From: Lenisia limosa | Taxonomy: Eukaryota; Protista; Breviatea | Assembly (NCBI GenBank): GCA_001655205.1 | Contig: LPNZ01008925.1 | Location: 16,293-80,292 of the forward strand | DNA length: 64,000 nucleotides | Reading direction: 5' to 3' | Shown: one piece after another, positions 26,001 to 38,130 of the stretch | How positions within the stretch are numbered: the stretch's first letter is position 1 | How the letters are laid out: every line of letters starts with the position of its first letter | Translations under genes and position numbers: made by a program | Notes under the pieces: model-generated | What the model saw: the letters and a program-made list of their open reading frames with translations, nothing else | What the model was told of the DNA's origin: nothing | The model's database searches: none

Positions 26001-28887
26001 AGTATATATCGATCTATGATGTGCATAATATATTATAAAGTGTATATCAAATGGGGACGTTTGTTTCAAAAGTTAAAGGCAATCCAACGTACCTTGACAG
26101 TGTTTAGTACCATTTCGGATGTGATCGGACTGTATTCCGCGATGTTTTGCATTGCCATAGGCCTGCTGCTGTAGTCGGGTTTGGGACAGCATTTGGACAT
26201 GAAACTAATGGTTAAGGTAAAAGAGAAGAGACCTACACTGAAGAACCACAACAGAAGTCTGAATCCCATTTGAAAGAAGCAGCGCATACCTTTGGGGGTG
26301 ACAACAGACACCAAAAGTAACCGACCTCTTTAATACGAGTAGCACATGGGGGATCTGCATTCACAGCATTGCAATTTGAGAAGATATTTGAGTTAGGTAT
26401 GTAGTCTTCTGAATTCTTGCAAAACTACAATGATATTAAGTAAGTGATGATAGCAGATTGGCGTTACCTCAGCTTTAGAAATTTCACCATTTACAAGTGC
26501 TTCTGAAAAAGTAAAAAGGGGAAACAGAAACAAAAACAATAAGAGAGACATCTGACGTAATAGCCTAGACGATTCTGGAGAGAAATATGCTTCTCATCTC
26601 CTCTAATCTAGTAGTAGTATTTGTCAAAACTATATGATATAATACAGAAGAGAATGTCAGTGAAGCGTTTCCCTTTTACCCTGCTAAACAGCAGATATAA
26701 AAACAACTCCATTATCATTTCTAAACCCTTTTTCGAAAAACACCACCTATTTGAACTAGAATTGTTGAAAAAAAAGAAGAAGTATTATCTTGCTCTTGCA
26801 AACTTTGTTCTTCAACTTCAGTGATGATTGACTCAGATGATTGTGCACCTCCAACACAAATTACGTATTTTGACTTACCTTAACAGTGATATGAAACTCA
26901 AAGATATCGCTTTTAAATAAAAGGATTAACTCCACAAACAAAGTTCAGTGAGCCTGTCGATCTTATTGCCTGCAGCGACAACAATAGTGACATCACGATG
27001 GTTGTACACAAACTACAGGGTTGCTGGCAAGAGCCCTTACCTCTTCCAAATCGTGCACATAAATATTCGGTGTCGATGCAGAGATTCTATGTAATAAACA
27101 AGACAAGTCATAACAAAGTGGATCAGAGCCCCACTAACAGAACAACTCGAGCACCATGGTCGTAGTGCCACTGCACAGCCTAAATTGTTATCTTCCGTCT
27201 TCACCACTACAAAGTGACAACAGCCTACATTATCAAGGTGGTTTTCAGGAATATCCGAAATGGAAACCCTTGCTTTCGGTGCTACACCCTGGAAGGTCTT
27301 GCCAGACGTCTCACTAAAACAGTGAGTTATAAATAGGGCTTCACTTTGCTCCAAAAAACTGGCATAATATCGATAGTTTTCGAGGATTTATTGAAAAATT
27401 CAGTCTTTTTGAACCGAAGTGAAGCCCTAGTTACAAAGAAGCCAACCTTGTCGAGCCAACAGCGGCCGCGGCTAAAAAGGTTCCGTGACCGGTGAAGTCG
27501 GCCACACCTCGGATGTCGGAAGAGGAGCCTCGGATGGCAGCAATCTGAAAAGTTATCGGATATTGAGAGATTTTCAGACCTTCCTATGGAAAGCCATTTC
27601 ATTTGGAGCTTGGATGGTACGAGAATTGGATCCGAAGAAGTGGACTAGAAGATGAATCAAGTGGGATAACAAACTGGAGTCAATGTCATCGAAAAGGAGG
27701 CAATGGTTCGGGTCAACCCCGTCATCAATAATTCCAATAATCTGAAACAATAAGTCAAAGCTTGGGACAGTGTGACAAACCTGGTTAGATCCCATGATTC
27801 CAGAAGACCAGATTTCAGGGATTGAAATGTCGTCTCCCACCGTCGAGGCAAAGTTCTATACTGTCAAAACTCACACAGTGACAACTATTCTGCAGAAATG
27901 GAAATAAAAAAGAAAACAAGCATTTATACTTCTTAATCTGACAAATAAAAAACAATAGGAAATGCGTATCTGTTTTTTTTTTAAAAAAAATCCCACCTGA
28001 GAAGCGAAGCTGATACTACTACTGAAGCGTCTCTCGCCGTCAACAGGCTGCATGGTCAGACTAGCATTCCTTCATAACTCTTCGTTTAATCAGAAGCTTG
28101 TGCATTGCCTAGTGCCATATTTGTTTTAAATTATAATATAAGTCACCAAACATACCGCCACTATGTAGCAAAGTGGGTGCTCAGAAAAAGCTTTCACGAA
28201 TGATTGGAGGGACTCCATGGACCTATTCCATGAGAACATAACAAAGATAAAGCAAAACAAACAAAGGGCCTTTTGGTGAGATAAGGGTAATACGCTTGTT
28301 GTCTTTGCTGATTTTCAAAACAGCATTTGCGGAAATCTAAAAGATAACACAGAACAATCGATCCTACAACACTTGGAATTTGCTCAGTTGAAACGTCAGA
28401 AATAAAGCGTGCTTCCAGTCCAACGAATTGCTTTTCTAAAAAATTAGCTCGTTTAAAATTGGTCTTACTGTTCAACTTTATAAAAGTGGGACTACTGATT
28501 GAAGGAGAAATTTTGTCCTCCGACAGAAGGACTTGACCTAGAGGTGAGATTCGTGGAGGCTTACCATCAAAGTCATCACCTTCGAGGCAAATAAACCTAC
28601 CACCATATTGAACACAAGGCGCTGGAGTTGTTATATAACATGGAAATAAAATATGAACTCAAGTGGAAGGAAACTTAAAAGGGAAACTCACAAGCCCCCC
28701 CTACTATCAGCCGAATGTGGGGAGTTGGAGTTAACAATGAATAACTCCTAAAATGTCAGTATTCCAATGAAAAACAATAAACCATTGGATTGATGATGAC
28801 GTTACTAAATAAGTTACAACAAACTTTTGAAAGAGCCAAGGAACCTGACAGGACCAACAACCACAAAATGAGTTTGGGGAGTGGCAT
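20041..28887 (-). CDS. Large type I membrane subtilisin-like (S8) serine protease with EGF/laminin-EGF stalk
   Basis: Signal peptide MPLPKLILWLLVLSGSLALS (ATG 28887). Catalytic motifs IIGIIDDGVD (Asp), FTGHGTFLA (His), VVAAGN (oxyanion) and SGTSVAASIVAG (Ser). Many Cys-rich EGF/laminin-EGF exons at 20300-24750, TM WLVISLVGVAAVGGAAGAAAFVF, and tail KKKKAEGAMVGNEYAAVETL* (TAA 20041). Confidence 0.9.
27336..27427. mobile_element. MITE copy A (92 bp, TA-flanked), in a subtilase intron
   Basis: TA|GGGCTTCACTT...GAAGTGAAGCCC|TA; the interior is homologous, in reverse orientation, to copies at 34810 and 62139. Confidence 0.85.
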
Positions 28888-29212
28888 TGGGGTAAGACAG
28901 GGGAAGACTTTTCCCCTTCTTTTTCTTGTGTAATTGTGCAATTTTCTTGCTTGTGTAATTATTCTGAGAAGGAGGAAAGGACAGATTAGAAGGGAATAAA
29001 AGGGAGGAGAAAATATCCGTGAATTGGTATCCTAATACTGTAACGTCCTGCGCCCCGGCATGGGCTGTTTCTAAACAGCTTTTGTTTTTTGATTCTTAAT
29101 CCTCTTGGGATACTTATGATACGGAAGCTCTGAGGTGCAGTATCATCATCAAGACAAAATGAGGCCCTTTAAGGACTTAATGTCCTGTGAGTGGTACCAG
29201 GACCTCATTAGG

Positions 29213-29536
29213 CTAGATCTTCCGTTCTTCGGTCGCTCTGATCAGCGAAGATGGATGGCAAGGTCATATAGAGCCTACCTGGTGCAAACTTACGGTTCTC
29301 GTTGCTCCGATGTAATTTTCATAGAACCCCCAATTCGCTAGATGTTTGCTTCGTGGTGAGTCTCCTAGGTTCTCAGCCCCAACCTTTTTGGTCTCCCTCT
29401 CAATTGCTCTCCTCAGCAGGGAGAGTTCAGTCGTGAGGTTCTTGTGCTGATTAGGTTTGGCAAGTTGGGTTTCAGGGGGGCTTACTGTGATACCCGGAGT
29501 GTCATCCTGTTTCTTCAACGACCATGCTCCCACCAT
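29213..29536 (-). CDS. Small uncharacterised intron-containing gene
   Basis: ATG 29536 MVGAWSLKKQDDTPGIT/HKNLTTELSLLRRAIERETKK with GTAAG...CAG introns. Two alternative 3' splice solutions give ~60-75 aa; no family recognised. Confidence 0.35.
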
Positions 29537-29840
29537 TTGGTGCTAGTGGTTTGAAACAGGCTCTGCCTCCACCCCTTAATGTCCTAAAAAAAGAGGCAAA
29601 AGAGATGAGATGTTGAAACGGAGTAAGCAGACCACGGAAGGGGGGTGGGGCGTGTGGGAGCTGGTGAAGTGGGGCAAGGGATGTGAAGGGGATGGATTGG
29701 ACTGGTGTTGGCAGGTGGGGTGGGGCAAGCAGGGGAAGCGGAGCCAAAGGAGCAGAAAGACAGAAAGGAGAAGATGGAATAGGTTATAAAAGACATTGTT
29801 AAATAATTTTCCAAGTAGAAAGTGGACAGAAGAGAAGAAC

Positions 29841-31611
29841 ATGTTGAGATTTGGTGTCAGTCTGTCAAAACTACTGCTCTTGTTGCCTTCTTCCAGTTTC
29901 ATTCGTCCTGCTACTTCAAATTTGGCTGGAAGTTGTGTTCATTCTGCTTTTAGCACGATTGCAACAGATTCATCATGCTGTGGAATGTAGGCTGTTTTCC
30001 AATTCGCCGCAATTCTCTTCAAAAATAATAATCCATTAAGGAATGAAGAAACTACTGACAAACGGACGGGATGTGACACTTGTGAGAGTGTTGGTTGTTG
30101 GAGCTGCTCGAAGGAATTTTGCGATAATGATGGTAAGAGCCTTTCGAACTAAAAGGGATGCTGGGGGAGCTGAGCAAAGGAATTGAAAGGCCAATGTTTT
30201 GGATACTTGCTACACATTCTCAGTTCCCCCGCCCCCCACATTTAAGACATTTTTATCAATGCAATAAAATATGACATCCGCAGAACTCTCAAAGAAATGC
30301 ACATATTTCTGCCCAGGTTGCCACGTTCTTCTCCCCCCTTGCAGGCAGAAAGTCAACTACTTTGACGTCCTTGACATGTATTTTGGATTCACTGCCGTAC
30401 CATACTCTTCATGATACAGTACATCGTTCCTATATAAGTGTGGACGACTTGGACAGATACCGCCTATTTTATTTCTGATCTCTACATATAGTGTTGATAA
30501 CTTTACTTACAGAGAATGTCATAAGAAATATGATACCTCCAACCCTTAAGGCCAAAGAATTTCGACTTAGACGTTCCACGACTTGAGGCCGAGTTTAAAA
30601 AGCTGCAGCGACAACTCCACCCAGACAAGTTGGCAAAACACGCACTCTATTTTTCGACTTCTTGGGAAGAATATTTTACGATATAGGTATGCAATGAAAG
30701 ACAAACAAGAACAGGTTGGAGGACACTTTGGAATTGGAATGTGACATTTAGAATACTAACCTTTCAGCTTCACGCCACACAACATTCAGCAAACGTTAAC
30801 CTTGCCTATAGCACGCTGAAAAACCCATTGAGTCGAGCTGAGTATCTTTTACAGCTTGGTATGTTCTAAAACCCATTTTAGAATGAGTAAGAATGTTGCG
30901 ATTTACTATTAATCATGGTTTTTAATAAAATATCCAAAACATGTTCGGAAAATGAGCGCACAATAATCAACTTGGGTGGATGAAGTGGGTACGGCGAAGT
31001 CTTTTACGTTGACAAACCACTTCCATTGAAGTCCCTTAAATTGACACTTCAGGAGGAGTTCAAGTTGGAGAAGCTACCCGAGAGGTAGATCCTGATTTAT
31101 TGATGGAGGTCTTGGAGATCAGAGAAGAACTCGACGACTCCCAATCTGATCCTGACACTGTGGTATGTTAGCACGCATTATTAAGAAAGATAGAAAGATA
31201 AAATTTCTTGCTCTTTAGTTTAATTACCCAGAAGTCAATTCTCAGTGAGAACGAAGAGAAAATCGAACAAGTCAGAAAGTCTGGGAGATGATTTGTTTTT
31301 ACAATTTTTTATACTTTTATCTTAAAAGGTTACGTAATGGATTTCTCTTAGCTGCATTTCTCCATAATATTACGGAGTAACAGACTAGGGGATTGGTGGA
31401 CTGTTTCTCTGCAGATGAACTAGATGAGTGCATTCGCCTCACTGGAAAACTGCAGTACTACTCTAAAATAAGGTCTGCTTTGTTGAGCCGTAGTACTTCT
31501 TCAAGTCTAATTCCCACGAATCTCCCCCAGTCTCACAGCTTTTTAGGAATGAATGCCTTGAACATTTACCTGAATTATAACTTGCTTGTTTCCAATTTTG
31601 ATAATGAATGA
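29841..31611 (+). CDS. HSCB: Mitochondrial Fe-S cluster co-chaperone HscB/Jac1
   Basis: Presequence-like MLRFGVSLSKLLLLLPSSSFIRPATS; CWSC...YFCPGC zinc motif; VNYFDVL; J domain FDLDVPRLEAEFKKLQRQLHPDK; SANVNLAYSTLKNPLSRAEYLL; DPDLLMEVLEIREEL; C-terminal KLQYYSKI. Exact stop uncertain. Confidence 0.92.
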
Positions 31612-32144
31612 TGTTTCCCCTCCCCCTTCCAGTGCCTAATATCTTGTCCTTCATTGAATGATTATTTCGACAAAATATACATTCAGTTGGTAATGAAACA
31701 AAGATACGTAAAGGATACATAGCCACCGAAGAGCAACCTTAGCCACCCGATGGCACTGCTGGTGGGGGGGTGGGGTGAGCGGCCCCACTTCAATAGAGCA
31801 CGTGACGTATGTGTGTGGTTGGGGCTGCTGCTGCTGGTTTACAAAGACCCCCCCCCCCCACAGGGNNNNNNNNNNNNNNNNNNNNNNNNNNNNNNNNNNN
31901 NNNNNNNNNNNNNNNNNNNNNNNNNNNNNNNNNNNNNNNNNNNNNCGCATCAGTCACGCCATAAATAACCGTTTTATATTGAATGAAATCATATGATATG
32001 TAATCCTAGTTGGATGATCAAAGTATGATAAAATTACCAGTGGTAGCGAGGAGAAGTGGTAGTAATAATATTGTTAGTGGGGAGTCAAGTGTTTATTACA
32101 TCCCCGACAGCGATTTCCTGGCTGTTCAAACAATTACATTTATA

Positions 32145-35100
32145 CTAAGATTCAAGAACAGGTTCAAAAGAGGGTGCAACATGAATTTTGATAGCATCTC
32201 CATCAATTTCAGGATTGGGGTAGTTGAGAGCGGCTTGGACACCCTCAATACTGTCCAATTGGACAACAAACGAACCTGAGAGTCAGGAGTAATCAAAGAT
32301 GGCTTACCTTGGCCAACTGAGTATATCATATCTACTTTGCAGAAGAAAAGCGATTCTAAACTCGACGAAAGGTGGTCAGGGAGAACGTTGAACTTTACGT
32401 CTGAAATTAGAAGTGATGACAGGCCCTTCGGATGCGGTTTGACTAGGAGATGAGATTGCATGCTACCTACCAGAAGAGTAGTCAAGAGCCTTGTTCGGAG
32501 GGTCTTTGACAGGGTTCAAGGAGTCCATTCCTAAGTTGTCTTCGGTGTGGGCAAAGCGACACAGCTTTCCATAGCTAAACATCGTCATGCCTCACATAGC
32601 ATGAAATATAACCGTCAGTTGACTTACGTGCAGGTGTTAATCGGTCCGAAGAAGTACTTACAAGGAGGGTTGCCAACCTCATCTCCATAAGACGCCACTT
32701 TCTTAAAGGTGACCATTCGACTCCATTGGAATAAAAAAACAAAATCTATTATCCTATCAGACACCATGTCATACTTCAGGCTTATGGGTTAAGTCTTCAG
32801 AAAGGAAACGCTTGGCAATTTCCTCTCTTTTGTCCATGAAAGGTTCAGCAGTTTCCGGCTAGAGAGGTTATACAACAAATAAGTTAATTTACCACACTTA
32901 TTAGAATGTGAGAAGCCAACCTCATTCTCAGTCTCCATGTAGTCGTCATCCTTAACCTGTGGCTCTTCGGACTTCTTCTCGCTAAAGAGACCCTTTGCCT
33001 AAAATGTCAAAATTTGAGCAGCAATAGTAGCTTTGCAAAAGTCTCATTAGCATACCACTTTGGGTTCACCATCAGATTCTGGTTCGGGGGTTGGTGACTT
33101 CTCTTTGTCTAAAAAATGTAAGTGAAACACAATCAATATTCAAGGATGCCACTCACCTAAGAACGACGTTCCGAAGCTGAAGCTGAGCATGCTCTTGGGT
33201 GCATCATTTTCCGATCCGCTTTCTTCACCCTCACCGTCTATTGTCGTGAAGGTTTGGTCTATGTGAGTTCCTACCTTGACCAAAGGTCGAAAAAGGCGCT
33301 CCAAAGTTTGCAAACAGCTTTGAGGGTGTTTTCTTGTCACTCTGAGTTGATAAGGTAGCTTCATCAACTTGCAACAGTTTTAGAGAAGGCTGAAATATCC
33401 TCAACCAATTCAATGTCATCATTGGAATATCCTCTCCTACCACTTCAATGTCATCATTGGAATATCCTCTCCTACCACTTCAATGTCATCATTGGAAATG
33501 CGTTTCGCAACATTCTCTTCAATCTTAAAAATGGTCAAAATTATTTTGCGACTTCTCAACGATTAATAAAACCAGCCTCAAACCTCAGCTACAATGTCCA
33601 TGGCCTTTTTGATATCAATTCGTCTCTGCAGTTCAACGCCGTAGAGGATGGCTGCTTCTTTCTCTTTGTTTTCAGCCTCGAAACGCATTTGGCTGAGTTC
33701 AAACTGCGACATAACCTGAAGATTTAATAGCAATAAGACGCCGGCGTACAGGGGTTCCCTTTGACAAGCGCTCGATTCTCTTTAAACGCTCCTCAGTTCT
33801 TTCAACCTGTAATGTCAGCTCAACGCTCCGAAGAAAGATATCTTACCATGGCTAAAGGCAGGATGTTGTCCCCACGTCCCTGGTGAGTGGAAAATGGCAC
33901 ACCCTCCGCAATAACACTGAAGAGTCAACTCATCATTGCACCTCTCAAGCGGCCAGCTTACACCCTCTCGTGGTCAGTGAACGGCCTGTGTCTAAACGTG
34001 CAGTCGTCTTTCAGACATCCAAGGTAACGGTTGTTGGCGAAGTGACACACTCCCTTGTTCTCACGAAGGCCTGCAATCTAGAGCAATAATTATCTATCGT
34101 GATCTAACAAACCTTTTCAATCGTTTTCTCATCCAAAAGCGATCCCTTTAAGATAGGTTCGTAGTCTACAGGAGGTTGAATGTACGGTGACATTTCACGT
34201 CCTTCGTCCCTCATGCGTTGCTCTGTAAAGTTTAAGAATAGTCTGGTTCAAGAAAGTTGCTTACCTCTCTTCCTTTTTGTGTTGAGCGCGTCAAAGTGCC
34301 TGTACACCGAGTTGGCTGAAAATGTGAATGAGAAGCTAAATGACTAAAGAGCACAAACATCCATCCATCTTTCCAACCTCCGACAACAGAGCATCTTTCA
34401 ATCCAACTTTCTGCGACGTTTTCAGAATCTCCTGACTCATACGGGTTTTCGGGCACCTGGAGGGTCGTAAAATAGAGTTGACAAAGCATTAAAACGGGAA
34501 GGTTTAACCTCTAAACCAATAAATTCTCTCTTTCTGAACTTACCAGTGGTTTATAAAAACAAACAGATCACAAGTCAGCCAATCCCACTGACAAAAGTCA
34601 GCCAATCCTACTGGTGCTTGCTCAAATGGGCATTCAATCATTTCTTGTTTGGGAAGCTTCATGAAGGGTAGGAACGTCTACTGGGTCATTTAAAGGACAC
34701 GATATGACAGCGCAATGCTGTGAAAATTACTTTTGTTAAGCTCTTAAAGATACACAAAATGATATTAAGATGAAGCTCAGAAGTGACCGGGATGATCATG
34801 ACCGTAGTAGGGCTTCACTTCCGTTCGAAAAAAGACTGAATTTCTCGATAAATCCAAAACTATCAATAGTTTATCAAACCGAAGTGAAGCCCTATTCACA
34901 AGTTATTTATGCGATTTTTTTACAACTTGTTTTCTAAGACCCTTCAAAAAGATTAATGCGAGGGTATTGGCCCTCTGTTTTTTTTAAAAAAGATTATTTT
35001 ACATTGACAAAGAGAAATAAAAGCATAAATCAGAAGAGTATCGAGAAATGGGAAGATCGCCTCTTTGACAAACAGAATGGACCACTGCCAGCTTTTCACT

Positions 35101-37871
35101 GGGAGAGCCGATTCTCTNNNNNNNNNNNNNNNNNNNNNNNNNNNNNNNNNNNNNNNNNNNNNNNNNNNNNNNNNNNNNNNNNNNNNNNNNNNNNNNNNNN
35201 NNNNNNNNNNNNNNNNNNNNNNNNNNNNNNNNNNNNNNNNNNNNNNNNNNNNNNNNNNNNNNNNNNNNNNNNNNNNNNNNNNNNNNNNNNNNNNNNNNNN
35301 NNNNNNNNNNNNNNNNNNNNNNNNNNNNNNNNNNNNNNNNCATTTGCTGGCTCAGAAGACTCACGTGACACTTCGGGTTCGGGAGATTTCGCGGGAGTAG
35401 CCCTTTTCCTAGGAAGTAAACTCGTTCCATGTGCCATTTGGAAGGTTTTAAGACAAATCCAACTTTCTTGGGATCGCAGTCATTTTAGGGTTAGCCTTTT
35501 TAACGCTTCCGTCATTATCAAAGAGTCTGGCGGTTGAGGGAGTGGATGGGGTGCTACAAAGATTAGAATCAATACATAAACTAAAGAGGCTTGAAGTGTC
35601 CACTACCACTAACGTTGGGGTATCGAATTTGCTCTGTCTCCTCCTTTTATTCAGCACCATTCTCTCAATTATGACGTCACTGTCCGAGTCCGACTCTGGT
35701 TTGTACTCATCGTCCTTGAAGATCAAAAGATCACGGAAGCCTACGTCAGATACTATCTTTTTTGTTACGGGCTCCTCTTCGGCAGCAGCCTCGACGACTG
35801 AAACTTCAGCAGTCTGATTGGTGTCAGCTTCAAGAACGGGTGAGGGCGACTTGGACTTGGGGCGTTCAGCCTGGGCCGGGGCGTCTGGGAGTTAGGATCA
35901 CAACCGACTACTCACTCACCATCAGCAAAAGGGTCATCATCATTGGAGGTAATGCGGCGGCGGCGGCGGCGCGATGATGATGAAGAGGACGAAAACAGCC
36001 CTAGTCTTCTTGTCTACAGGTGTAAGATAACCTCAAAGACTCACCACTTGGGGCTTTTCTTTGATAGTCTCCTCCTCTTCCATTTCAGAGGGACGACTCC
36101 GGACTTTGTCTCGCGGCTTGTCGCGTTTGAGCATCAGAACTGGTCTCTTGCGGGGAGGGGGTGTGGGAGAGCTGGGGAATCAGAAGTGCCAATTAAGACA
36201 ACAGAACGGAATTGAACCTACGATGATGGAGGGCTGGGGCTTTTGGGGGTAGGTGATTTGGGGGTGGGGGGCCTATGCGTGAAGAAAAATAATGAACAAA
36301 AGAACTTCAGATTAGTATATATTACAATAATAAACAACACATGTGGATTATTTGGAGACTTACTGTGGAGTTGGGGATTGTGGGGGNNNNNNNNNNNNNN
36401 NNNNNNNNNNNNNNNNNNNNNNNCTTGCCTAAAACAATCAGAGAAAGAGACCACGTATAATCTTATACTATACACCATGTGAGGCAACAAGTAGCCAACC
36501 TGGGAACCGAAGGTTCTCTAATAGGACTCGGAGATGGGGAACGAGCAGGGCTGGGCGTTGTGCTATGTTTTTTGGGGCTATCCGCAGGAGAAGGTGATGG
36601 AGACCTGACAGGCTCTGCAAAATAGGCCATTAGTCATCAAACAAATCATACAGTAGCAAATTAATTGAAGCAAATCACAGATTATTCATAAAACAAATTA
36701 TACAATAGCAAACCATACAATACCACTCACCATGTTTGCGTGATTGGAAAGACTTCTTCAGTACAGTTGGTTCTGTGTGTGACGGGGTTTGACAATCATC
36801 CCATGGTGACGCAGCCTGAACGTGAGACAGATGTATATTTAGATGGAAAAATAGTTTTATTAAAAAAAACATGAGACAAAAAAGGCAATTCACATATTGA
36901 TATCAACGACCAACTTTCAAGACGCAAGCAAACCTGTGGTGGAGTATTGGAACGCAGCGGGGATGACACGGGGGTTGGCTTCTTCTTCCACATGCGAACC
37001 TGCTTTTGTTTGGAAGGGGGGGATACTGACCTGGCTGGCTCTGGGGTACCTGGTCTCGAGGGAATAGTGTTGGGAATCTAAAGGGAAAGACGTGAACACA
37101 GTCAATTTCCACGCCACATTGATCAGTACCACAAAACTGATCTCACCTGCTTAGGTACGAAGGCGATAGGGGTGGCATCATAAGCAGAAAGCTGTGGCTC
37201 ATGTAACAAACCGAGTTGCGTCCAAACACTCAAAACGGCACTCACTAAATCTCGAACCTCTGATCAGTCACAAAGAGGAGAGGGAGGGGGAAGAGATAGA
37301 AAGAGAGAAACTAGGGATGCCAAACATAGAAAAGGGCCATAATCCGCATATTTCCTCTCAAAGCACAGGGCGTACGTTGGTCTTCATTGTCAGTCATGGA
37401 CTTGAGGATCTCGGGGATGACAGTGACCATGAGCTGTTTGCTGCTCAGCGGCAACGAAAGAAGACACTGCGCTGTCATTCTCTTCCACCAAAACAATATA
37501 TCGCTACATACCTGTAATACTGCAATGAGTAGTTTCGAATGCTGTGTGGCAAGGGCATCCTGCATGATTCTGGAAAGATAGATGGCGACACCACTGTCAC
37601 ACGCCCTAAGCTAATAAACAACATATCAAATGCTTTGTCATCTGAGCCTCCCCAACTGTTTTAAAGGGAAATGCGCTGATGTTTTTGCAAGTAAGTTCAC
37701 CAGGTGAAGTCTCTACAGTGATTAGTCACGGCAAACATGAGCATAGCAAATGAGGAAAATGTTTGAGGGAGAGGAAGGCTCTTGACAGTTTCTAACCTTT
37801 TCATTATCGTGAATGGAATCTAGTGACGCCAATAAACGAGCGACGTCCTCTGAAAGGAAGATGCTGTTCAT
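32145..37871 (-). CDS. PNUTS/PPP1R10-like protein: TFIIS-N-like helical domain, disordered linker, two CCCH fingers, C-terminal RRM
   Basis: Spliced N-terminus RLHLVNLLAKT..HSKLLIAVLQCLLSLPLSSKQL..DQQVRDLVSAVLSVW resembles the PNUTS TFIIS-N domain. CCCH fingers CHFANNRYLGCLKDDCTFRH (~34000) and CKYFFGPINTCT/YGKLCRFAH (~32560-32680). RRM-like LLISDV..GSFVVQLDSIEGVQAAL ends VLES* (TAG 32145). Exons chain in frame across 35400-37871; one N gap interrupts the model. Confidence 0.6.
33409..33497. repeat. 35-bp tandem repeat, about 2.5 copies
   Basis: caatgtcatcattggaatatcctctcctaccactt starts at 33411 and 33446, with a partial copy at 33481. Confidence 0.95.
34810..34892. mobile_element. MITE copy B (83 bp, TA-flanked), in an intron of the PNUTS-like gene
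   Basis: TA|GGGCTTCACTTCCGTTCGAAAAAAGACTGAATTTCTCGATAAATCC...CCGAAGTGAAGCCC|TA. Confidence 0.85.
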
Positions 37872-37919
37872 CTTGTGAGCAGTACGTTTACTGGCAAACA
37901 CAGAATCTTCTTTTTCTTG

Positions 37920-38130
37920 ATTAAATCTCTTCTCCTATATAACCCTAACCACAATATCTCAACTAGGCTGTCTCAAAATTAAAAAGGACCGCTTTGAGAA
38001 AAAAAAACGCGGTTTGTCCTAGAAAAGATCCTGAAGATCATATGACAAACAGTCCTTTTGGCCATGAGTAGAGTTTACTCTAACCCCTTTTGTCTGTCAA
38101 GCAAAAATTTGATAGCTTCGCTTGAACAAT
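37920..38130 (+). ncRNA. Candidate telomerase RNA (template, pseudoknot, three-way junction); unconfirmed
   Basis: TAACCCTAACC at 37940-37950, enclosing helix 37925-33/38021-29, H-type pseudoknot 37971-38015 and three-way junction 38044-38094. Folded by eye only; see findings. Confidence 0.3.

Noticed and set aside
29040-29540. Structured ncRNA on the + strand between the subtilase and HscB genes
   Set aside because: Better explained by a small minus-strand gene with canonical GTAAG...CAG introns; no ncRNA family motif found.
31710-31718. U12-type 5' splice site GTATCCTTT on the minus strand
   Set aside because: No TCCTTAAC-type branch site downstream, and it lies outside any supported gene; a single 9-mer is expected by chance.
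37575-37660. Apparent GC-AG or otherwise non-canonical intron in the PNUTS-like gene
   Set aside because: A canonical GTTGGGG...TAGCTTAG intron restores the frame (FPLKQ/ACDSGVAIYLSRIMQ).
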